Positions 47,666 through 55,091 of a DNA stretch of 64,000 nt are shown in pieces. How positions within the stretch are numbered: position 1 is the stretch's first letter; every line of letters starts with the position of its first letter. Origin of the DNA: an uncultured Haloferula sp. (GTDB taxonomy: Bacteria > Verrucomicrobiota > Verrucomicrobiia > Verrucomicrobiales > Akkermansiaceae); contig CBFGTS010000013.1 of NCBI GenBank assembly GCA_965652295.1, positions 32,001 to 96,000 of the forward strand, given 5' to 3'. A model generated the notes under the pieces. That model saw only the letters and a program-made list of their open reading frames with translations, was not told the DNA's origin and made no database searches. Both the position numbers and the translations under genes were made by a program.

Positions 47666-48574
47666 TCATTTGAAAAGGCGCCCGGCGAAGTAGTGGAGAC
47701 TGCTGGCCCAGTGGGCGGGATCATGACCGTGACCGTCCACGTGCCAGACGTGGGGAACATCGTGCTCCTTCAGGTAGCGGTGCGTATCCTGGCTGTAGTT
47801 GATCAGCCCGTCCTTGTTGCCACAGGTGATCACCAGCAGCTTGATCTTGTCCCTGGCTGCGGCGGGATCGGGCACCAGCTCCGCAGCGGGCCGGGTGTTC
47901 GGAGCGGCGGAAAAGGCACCGATCCACGCAAAGGAATCCAAGTGGGTCAGCCCGAAGTTCAAGGTTTGCCCGCCGCCCATCGACAGCCCCGCCAAAGCCC
48001 GGTGCTCAGGGCCCGCCTTCGTTTGAAACTCCTTCTCGATCGCCGGGATCACGTCCTCCAGCAGATCGCGTTCGAACACCGCGAAGGCCGGAGCCGAAGC
48101 GAACACGTCTCCTTCCGCCCGGTCGTTCTTCTGCGCCCGGCCGTTGGGCATGACCACGATCATCGGAACCGCCTTCTTCGCCGCGATCAGATTGTCCATC
48201 AATGCATCCACCGCCGCGAATCGCTGCCACTCCGTCTCATCCCCTCCGATCCCATGCAGCAGATAGAGCACCGGATACCGATCCTCCTTTGAATAGCCGG
48301 GCGGCGTGTACACCTGCATCTTCCGCGTCGTGCCGACGGTCTTCGACTCGTATTCCACCATCTGCAACCTCCCGGCGGGAATTTCCGGATTCCGCCGGTT
48401 GAAGCCCTCCGGCGGCGCTTCGAACGCAGGTCGGTCATCCGGCTGCAGCGCAATGGGACGTGCGAACGCCTCCGCAGGGTCCGGCCCTTTCGTGTCCTGA
48501 GCCCCAGCGGGGTGGACTCCGACGAGAGGGGCTAGAATCGAGCCGACTACGAGGATCTTCACGCGCATCATCAT
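47666..48574 (-). CDS. Carbohydrate esterase (CE1-like feruloyl/acetylxylan esterase)
   Basis: VYTPPGY, YLLHGIGGDE, GLSMGG nucleophile elbow, GHGHD; signal peptide. Confidence 0.85.
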   Translation of the reverse strand: MMMRVKILVVGSILAPLVGVHPAGAQDTKGPDPAEAFARPIALQPDDRPAFEAPPEGFNRRNPEIPAGRLQMVEYESKTVGTTRKMQVYTPPGYSKEDRYPVLYLLHGIGGDETEWQRFAAVDALMDNLIAAKKAVPMIVVMPNGRAQKNDRAEGDVFASAPAFAVFERDLLEDVIPAIEKEFQTKAGPEHRALAGLSMGGGQTLNFGLTHLDSFAWIGAFSAAPNTRPAAELVPDPAAARDKIKLLVITCGNKDGLINYSQDTHRYLKEHDVPHVWHVDGHGHDPAHWASSLHYFAGRLFK

Positions 48575-48586
48575 TAAACGTTTCAC
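48573..48586. promoter_or_regulatory. LacI-type operator-like site
   Basis: ATTAAACGTTTCAC abutting the esterase start. Confidence 0.65.
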
Positions 48587-48782
48587 TGCCCTGAGTCCTA
48601 TCGATCCATTCCCGGGAAATCAAGTTCCGTCCCTGAGTTCTCAATGACATCCTTCCTTACGCGGCCGAACGACCGTTTCGGCGGTCCGAGCCGCCCTTGG
48701 GAAGCCTCCGGGCTCGGAGAAAAGGGCTTTGCCAAACGCGCTTGAGCGCGGGGGTCGGATTTTTCTTGATCGGGCCAAGACT

Positions 48783-48796
48783 CTTAAACGTTCTAT
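48783..48796. promoter_or_regulatory. LacI-type operator-like site
   Basis: CTTAAACGTTCTAT, 4 nt before the ATG at 48801. Confidence 0.6.
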
Positions 48797-48800
48797 CCCC

Positions 48801-50249
48801 ATGCGGCACCTGTTCCCCGTTCTTCTCAGCTTTTTCATCGCCGCCGCTGCGCTGGCCCAGGACGGAGCCCAGCTCTACACTCTCTATTGCAGCGCCTGTC
48901 ACGGGGCCGAGGGCGAGGGGGCGGGCGACGGGACCTTCCCTCCTCTGGCACACAGTCCCTGGGTGACGGGAGCACCTGATCGGGCGATCAAAATCGTCCT
49001 CCAGGGCCTTCACGGACCCATCACCGTCAAAGGCAAGACCTACGATCTCGAGATGCCGCCGCAAGGGGCGATGCTGCCCGACGACCAGGTTGCCGCCATC
49101 CTCAGCTACGTCAGGACTTCGTGGGGAAACCAGGGGGAGAAAGTCGAAACCGCCTCGGTCTCGAATCTGCGTGCTGCCACCAGCTCGCGGAAGGGCCCTT
49201 GGACGGCGGAGGAACTTCTGAAGATGCATCCCCTGCCGCTCGAAAAGACGGCTCTGTCCGACATTATTTCCCGGAGCTTTCCCGGTCGATGGAATGAGAT
49301 GCCGGATTTCTCGAAGCTGACGCCGGCCAATGTCGAGGAGGAGCATGATGGCATCCTCGATGTCAGCGACGCACCTTTCGAGAACCACTTTGCCATCCAC
49401 TGGGACGGGCGGTTCCATGCTCCACAGGATGGCGATTACGAATTCCTCGTCGATGCCGACGATGCCGCCACCGTCTGGCTGGAAGGCAAGGTGGTGGTTT
49501 CCGTCGTCGGGACCGGGAAGATGGACGGCTCACGGGCCAAACTGGGCAAGGTGTCTCTAACAAGAGGAGCGCACCCGATCCAAGTTGGCTTTCTCGAAGT
49601 CGCCGGGGAACAGACCCTCGCCCTCGGGTGGCGACTCGCGGGAGACACGGATTTCCACTGGCTCTCCGCCCGGCGATCGACGCTGGGCCGCCACAGTGTC
49701 TCGATTCCGGTCATGCCCGAAAGCGGCCGACCCGTGATCTACCGCAACTTCATCGATGGTACGAGCCCACGCGCGATCGGTGTCGGCTTTCCTGAAGGGC
49801 TGAATCTCGCGTGGTCGGCGGACCACCTCACTCCGGAGCTCTTGTGGACCGGCGACTTCATCGACGGTGCCCCGAAGTGGCTTGATCGGGGGACGCGGCC
49901 CTCTCCACCCGCCGGATCGAATGTTACCAAGCTGGTCTCAGAGCGCTTCCTCTCCGAGGAAGCCAGGTTCCGCGGCTACAAGCTGGACGAGCATGGCAAC
50001 CCGACCTTCGTCGTCACCCTGGGCAGCCAGACTCTCCACGATTCGTGGCGCGCCGGAGCCACCAAGAACGGGCATCCCTGCCTCGTCCGGACTCTCCTTC
50101 TCAGCGGCGGCGCCGGGACCCTCCGGGTTCCCTTGGGCGACTTCGACGCGATCGAATCCGAAGCCCCGACCACTCGCGACAACGGAATGCAGGTCGCGAT
50201 CCTCGAGCCCGGCGCTTCGTCCACCCATTTCTACATTTTCGCCCCCTGA
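48801..50249 (+). CDS. Secreted c-type cytochrome with PA14-like domain
   Basis: Signal peptide; CSACH heme motif, FPPLA, MPP, YVRTSWGN; FAIHWDGRF...YEFLVDADD (PA14-like). Confidence 0.82.
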   Translation: MRHLFPVLLSFFIAAAALAQDGAQLYTLYCSACHGAEGEGAGDGTFPPLAHSPWVTGAPDRAIKIVLQGLHGPITVKGKTYDLEMPPQGAMLPDDQVAAILSYVRTSWGNQGEKVETASVSNLRAATSSRKGPWTAEELLKMHPLPLEKTALSDIISRSFPGRWNEMPDFSKLTPANVEEEHDGILDVSDAPFENHFAIHWDGRFHAPQDGDYEFLVDADDAATVWLEGKVVVSVVGTGKMDGSRAKLGKVSLTRGAHPIQVGFLEVAGEQTLALGWRLAGDTDFHWLSARRSTLGRHSVSIPVMPESGRPVIYRNFIDGTSPRAIGVGFPEGLNLAWSADHLTPELLWTGDFIDGAPKWLDRGTRPSPPAGSNVTKLVSERFLSEEARFRGYKLDEHGNPTFVVTLGSQTLHDSWRAGATKNGHPCLVRTLLLSGGAGTLRVPLGDFDAIESEAPTTRDNGMQVAILEPGASSTHFYIFAP

Positions 50250-50256
50250 TCTACTC

Positions 50257-51705
50257 ATGCATCCCTGTGTCCTGCTCTCCTTCGCGGCCGCCAGCCTGTT
50301 CACGACCGTTTGCCAGTCCGCGACCCAGTCGGACTTCTATCTCCGGGAGGAGATCCCCCTCCCTCCCGATGAGGTGATGGAGATCGGCTCGATCGCCCTG
50401 ATGCCCCAGCAAATGGTGGCAGTCGCTACCCGCCGTGGAGACATTTGGATCTGCGATGGCGCCTATGGTGAGGATCTTTCACAGGTGAAATGGCACAAGT
50501 TCGCCCGCAACCTCCACGAGCCTCTGGGGATGTTCTGGAAAGACGGGTCGCTCTGGCTCACCCAGCGCCCCGAAGTCACGCGCATCACGGACACCGATCA
50601 CGATGGCCAGGCCGATCGGTTCGAGACCTTCTCGTCGGCATGGGGCATTTCCGGCGACTACCACGAGTATGCCTTCGGAAGCACGCCCGACAAGGAGGGC
50701 AACATCTGGGTGGCGCTCTGCCTGACGGGTTCGTTCACCTCGGAGGTCCCGTGGCGGGGATGGTGCGTCCGGATCACGCCCGGCGGGGAAATGATCCCGA
50801 CCTGCTCCGGCCTGCGCTCGCCGGGCGGCATCGGCTTCAATGCAGCCGGCGATTGTTTTTACACCGACAACCAGGGCACCTGGAATGGTTCATCATCGCT
50901 GAAGTGGCTCAAACCCGGCAGCTTCCAAGGGAACCCGGTGGGCAACAAATGGCACGAGCTCGCCGACCTGCCGAAGCCTCCCGAGCCAAAGGACAAGTCG
51001 AGAATTCTCAGTCAGCGGAAGCGATTCCCCGATTTCATCCCGCCCGCCGTCATTCTTCCCCACGGCAAGGTCGGCCAATCGCCCACGGCCGTCATCCATG
51101 ACGACACCGGAGGCAGATTCGGACCTTTCACCGGCCAGATGCTGATCGGCGAGCAGACCCATTCCCAGGTCCAGCGGGTCTGCCTGGAGAAAGTCAACGG
51201 CCTCTATCAAGGTGCCGTGTTTCATTTCCTCGACGGCTTCGAGTGCGGCATCGTGCCCATGCGCCTCGCCGCCGGCGGCACCCTTTTCGTCGGCGGCACC
51301 AACCGCGGATGGGCCTCGCGGGGCTCGAAGCCCTTCACCTTCGAGCGGGTCCGCTGGACCGGCAAGGTGCCCTTCGAGATCCACACGATGTCCGCCACCC
51401 CGGATGGCTTCGAGTTGACTTTCACTCAACCGGTGGACCGCACCCTGGCGACCGATCCCGCCTCCTACTCGATGGATGCCTGGACGTACATCCATCAGAG
51501 CGAATATGGCTCTCCCGAAGTCGACCCAGCCACGCCACAGATCGAGGCGGCGACCGTTTCTCCCGACAACCTCAAGGTGCGTCTCACCATCGATGATCTG
51601 GTTCAGGGGCACGTCCATCACCTCGACGCAAGCAAGCTGAAATCCGCCGCCGCCGAGCCACTCTGGCACCCGGAGGCGTGGTACACCTTGAACGAAATCC
51701 CGTAG
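50257..51705 (+). CDS. PVC-type beta-propeller protein (glucose/sorbosone dehydrogenase-like)
   Basis: TRRGDIW, LHEPLG, DYHEYAFG, GLRSPGG, YTDNQG, GPFTGQ; 7 nt after the cytochrome gene. Confidence 0.7.
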   Translation: MHPCVLLSFAAASLFTTVCQSATQSDFYLREEIPLPPDEVMEIGSIALMPQQMVAVATRRGDIWICDGAYGEDLSQVKWHKFARNLHEPLGMFWKDGSLWLTQRPEVTRITDTDHDGQADRFETFSSAWGISGDYHEYAFGSTPDKEGNIWVALCLTGSFTSEVPWRGWCVRITPGGEMIPTCSGLRSPGGIGFNAAGDCFYTDNQGTWNGSSSLKWLKPGSFQGNPVGNKWHELADLPKPPEPKDKSRILSQRKRFPDFIPPAVILPHGKVGQSPTAVIHDDTGGRFGPFTGQMLIGEQTHSQVQRVCLEKVNGLYQGAVFHFLDGFECGIVPMRLAAGGTLFVGGTNRGWASRGSKPFTFERVRWTGKVPFEIHTMSATPDGFELTFTQPVDRTLATDPASYSMDAWTYIHQSEYGSPEVDPATPQIEAATVSPDNLKVRLTIDDLVQGHVHHLDASKLKSAAAEPLWHPEAWYTLNEIP

Positions 51706-51756
51706 GAGCCTCAGGCGCGTATCTCCCGTAGCACTACGAAGCCCCTTCCTCCATCA

Positions 51757-53328
51757 TCACTCGTCCCCGTCGGGCGAAACCCGGAAGTAGGCAAAGTCCG
51801 CCGCACCTCCCGCTTCTTCGGTGGCGAAGTTGAACAGGCCGAACCGATAGCCCATGAAATGGCTCAGCCTGTAGGACATCTTGAGCGGCTGTCCGATCTC
51901 CTGCCATTCCTTGCCATCAAGGCTGTAGAAAAAGCGGGCGATGTCCGCCTGCTCGCGGAAGTCACAGTCCGTCCGAAGAAAAATCGTCTTCTGCTCCAAA
52001 GGCACCCGTTCGAGCTCCACGGGCGACCCCGATACGGCGCTGACCATCACGACTGCCAGAGCGCCTTCCTCGCGTTTCACGCCGGCCAGTCCGTAGTGTT
52101 CCTGCAAGAGTCCGAGGCCTGCAAAGTCACCGTCCCTGAGGCGGGAGAGATCGATCGCCGTCGCCCCCGAACACTCCGGCCCGAAGGTCCGCTGGGTAAG
52201 CGTGTTGCGGGCCGAGAGGAAATCCTTGTCCACCCGTCCAGTGGTGATGCGCAGGAAACCGGGTCGCTCCGTAAGCGACCAATGTTCATCATCCGGATTG
52301 TGGTTCCACTGCCATACCAAGGGCAGGGGACGGTCGCCCCGCTTCCTCTCAAACTCATCCGAGGCAACGATGCCGGGACGGAGTCCCATGCTGGGAGGTA
52401 ACTCCCCGAGTTCCTCAGGGGCTTCGCCCTTCTCACCCAATACCGGCCAACCGTCCTCCCACTTCACGGGAACCAGCCATGGAGCGCGACCGACGGCACC
52501 CGTGTCGCGGAACAGGTAGGCATACCATTTCCCCTCCGGCGTGTCGATGAGCCCACCCTGGGCCACCCCCTTGTCCTGTAAAGCCACACGGCCCTCCCAT
52601 GGACCGGTGATCTTGTCGGCACGGTGGATCAGCACCGAGCGCATCCACCGGCTTTGGGGCGACGCGATGTGGAAAAGATAGTATTTCCCATCGACCTTGA
52701 ACAACTGTGAGCCCTCCGCACTGAGCCCACCCGCTTCGTCCTCGCCGAACAGCAGGTTGGCGTTTTCGATGATCACCTTGTCCACCCCGCCCGACTTGAC
52801 GCCGGAGACATCGGACATCAGCTCGGTGAGCATGATTCTTCGTCCTCCATGCACCATGTAGACCCGTCCATCGTCGTCGAAAAACAACGAGTGATCGTGC
52901 ATCTTGGGCTTGAAAGACGACGCCTTCCACGGGCCTTTCTCCAGATCCTTGGTCGTGTAGACGTGGTTCTCCCCGGTGGAGTTCGAGAACGTCGCGACGT
53001 AGTAGGTGCCATCGTGAAAACGCAGGCTGCTTGCCCATGAGCCACGCCCGTAATCACTCCTCCCCTTCCTGAGGTTGAGTTCGTCACTATCCTTCAGCGT
53101 TCCGTAGGCGTAGTTCACGATCTTCCAGTTCACCAAATCAGTGGACTTCATGATCGGCACTCCCGGCGCCATGTGCATGGTGGTACTACTCATGTAATAG
53201 TTCCGACCGACGCGAATCATCGAAACGTCCGGCACATCCGCCCAGATGATCGGATTGATGGCGCTTTCAGCTGCAATGGTCAGGCTGGTGACGAGGAAAA
53301 ACCGGAGATGGAATCGAAGGAGTCTCAT
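51757..53328 (-). CDS. Secreted GH43 beta-xylosidase/arabinofuranosidase
   Basis: NPIIWADVPDVS, TTMHMAPG, GSWASS, HDHSL, AEGSQ, WQWNHNP, HFMGYRFG. Confidence 0.9.
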   Translation of the reverse strand: MRLLRFHLRFFLVTSLTIAAESAINPIIWADVPDVSMIRVGRNYYMSSTTMHMAPGVPIMKSTDLVNWKIVNYAYGTLKDSDELNLRKGRSDYGRGSWASSLRFHDGTYYVATFSNSTGENHVYTTKDLEKGPWKASSFKPKMHDHSLFFDDDGRVYMVHGGRRIMLTELMSDVSGVKSGGVDKVIIENANLLFGEDEAGGLSAEGSQLFKVDGKYYLFHIASPQSRWMRSVLIHRADKITGPWEGRVALQDKGVAQGGLIDTPEGKWYAYLFRDTGAVGRAPWLVPVKWEDGWPVLGEKGEAPEELGELPPSMGLRPGIVASDEFERKRGDRPLPLVWQWNHNPDDEHWSLTERPGFLRITTGRVDKDFLSARNTLTQRTFGPECSGATAIDLSRLRDGDFAGLGLLQEHYGLAGVKREEGALAVVMVSAVSGSPVELERVPLEQKTIFLRTDCDFREQADIARFFYSLDGKEWQEIGQPLKMSYRLSHFMGYRFGLFNFATEEAGGAADFAYFRVSPDGDE

Positions 53329-53361
53329 GATGATCGCGCTGGGTGGTTCCAAGGGAGCCGC

Positions 53362-54711
53362 TTACTGGAAAACCCAGAAGTCCACGTTCATCAGCTGACC
53401 TTCGCCGCCTCTGAACACCAGACAGAGGTCCTGGACCCCCACCCCGCCACTGACGTCGCACAAGGCATTCTTCCACTCCTGCCACCCGCCGGTGCCGGGA
53501 ACCTCGCAGGTCCCCATCAAATCGCCTTCCGGTCCGCCCAGCCGGATCTCGATCTGTCCGCCCTGGGTTTCACTGGCGACCTTGGCGGCGAAGCGCTTCG
53601 CGCCGACCTTGCCGAAATCCACTCCCTTGATCGTCACCCAGTCGCCATCTTTGATCGACGACAACGCCATCCCGCCCTCCGAGCTCGCTTCGGTCTCGAT
53701 TCCCTTCTGGGCGGCAAAGGTCTCGCCCTCCACCCGTTTGAACGGATTCACATGGCCGAGCTGCTTCACTCCATCCTTGGTGTATTCGACCTGCTTGATG
53801 CTGCCATCGGCCTCATAAGTGAACTCCTCGATCGCCAGATTGCGTCGGAAACCCGTGGGGATGCCGGCCTCGGTGGCCACGATGCGATTGTGGTAGACGT
53901 GATACCAATGCCCCTTGAACTCGAACTCCGCCGCGTGGTTGTTGTTGTTGTTGAGCGGCGGCTGCGCGGCCACGATCCCCGCGTACTCAAACTCCAGCGG
54001 ACTGTCGCCGGTCATGTAGTCGATCCGCATTTCTGCCTTCGGTGTCGTTGAGTAGGAGAAATAATATCTCCCGTCCCGTCTCCAGACCCATGCCGCTTCG
54101 AAGAAATTCGGTGCGTGCAACTTGATGACATCGCCGTCGATCGTGACCATGTCCTCCTTCAGCTTCGCCACCCGGACATTGTCGTCCCCGTTCCCACCGA
54201 AGTAGATGTATGCCTGCCCGTCGTCATCGATGAAAACCCCGGGATCGAACAGCCACATGTTCTCCGCCGGCTGGACGCCCGGAGTGCCATGCTCGATGAG
54301 GGGCTTGCCCAGGACGTCCTCGAACGGTCCGGCAGGGTCCTCCGCCACCACCACACCGATGTTGCCGCCGCCATTGCCGAAATAGAGGTAGAATTTCCCG
54401 TTTCGCTCGATCGCCGCCGGCGCCCACGTCTTCTTCGCCCACTCCGTCGAGTCTTCGGCCCGGAAGACCGACCCATGGTCGGTCCAGTTCTTCATGTCGG
54501 CGCTGGAAACGCAGACGACATTGGGAATGTTGTAGCTGCCCTCGACCGGGCTTTCGTCGTCATTCGAGCAGTAGATGTACACCCGGTCCTTCGTCACCAA
54601 GGGGCTTGGATCCGCGAGGTAGCGATGAGAAGCGATGGGGTAGTCGGCCCATGCGAAAGTGGCACTGGCACCCAGCAGGACGAGGGGAACGGATACGGTG
54701 GTGGTGTTCAT
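53362..54711 (-). CDS. Secreted GH43 with C-terminal CBM6 (arabinoxylan arabinofuranohydrolase-like)
   Basis: YLADPS, WAP, FDPG, FFEAA, NNH; CBM6-like RVEGE...GDW...VDFG...TGGWQEW. Confidence 0.88.
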   Translation of the reverse strand: MNTTTVSVPLVLLGASATFAWADYPIASHRYLADPSPLVTKDRVYIYCSNDDESPVEGSYNIPNVVCVSSADMKNWTDHGSVFRAEDSTEWAKKTWAPAAIERNGKFYLYFGNGGGNIGVVVAEDPAGPFEDVLGKPLIEHGTPGVQPAENMWLFDPGVFIDDDGQAYIYFGGNGDDNVRVAKLKEDMVTIDGDVIKLHAPNFFEAAWVWRRDGRYYFSYSTTPKAEMRIDYMTGDSPLEFEYAGIVAAQPPLNNNNNHAAEFEFKGHWYHVYHNRIVATEAGIPTGFRRNLAIEEFTYEADGSIKQVEYTKDGVKQLGHVNPFKRVEGETFAAQKGIETEASSEGGMALSSIKDGDWVTIKGVDFGKVGAKRFAAKVASETQGGQIEIRLGGPEGDLMGTCEVPGTGGWQEWKNALCDVSGGVGVQDLCLVFRGGEGQLMNVDFWVFQ

Positions 54712-54757
54712 GGCAGGTGGGATGGAGGCACGGGCCCGAAGCGGGCCGCGAGACTGG

Positions 54758-54771
54758 ATTAAACGCTTCAT
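54758..54771. promoter_or_regulatory. LacI-type operator-like site
   Basis: ATTAAACGCTTCAT upstream of the GH43-CBM6 gene. Confidence 0.6.
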
Positions 54772-55050
54772 CCGACGTCGAATTTGCAAGCAATCGAAAA
54801 CATGTCACGGAAAAATTCCGTCTTTAGCGCGCGCCGCGGAGCCCCTGCAATTTTTCCAAGAGCCACCTGAATGGAAACTCCAAGGAGGCGGGGACGGCTC
54901 CGCCTTCACGACGTTTATTCTTTCAACGCCCTGGTCGGCTTGGCTCCCCGGAATCCACAACCGTCCGTTCGCAACGCTTTCTACCGCAACAGCGACCTGA
55001 TCCAGACGGACCACTACGCCCAAACCGTCGACGTGACCCCTTCGAGGAAA

Positions 55051-55081
55051 GAGTGCCTCCACCCTGATGGCGGAGGCACTC
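55051..55081 (-). terminator. Intrinsic terminator of the sulfatase gene
   Basis: gagtgcctcc...ggaggcactc stem 10 nt past the stop; TTT follows on the minus strand. Confidence 0.7.
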
Positions 55082-55091
55082 CACTTACCCA

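Noticed and set aside
48586..48800. Extended starts in the ORF track for the esterase (48586) and cytochrome (48729), and similar extensions elsewhere
   Set aside because: The extensions run through operator-like sites and precede clear signal peptides; downstream ATGs were preferred
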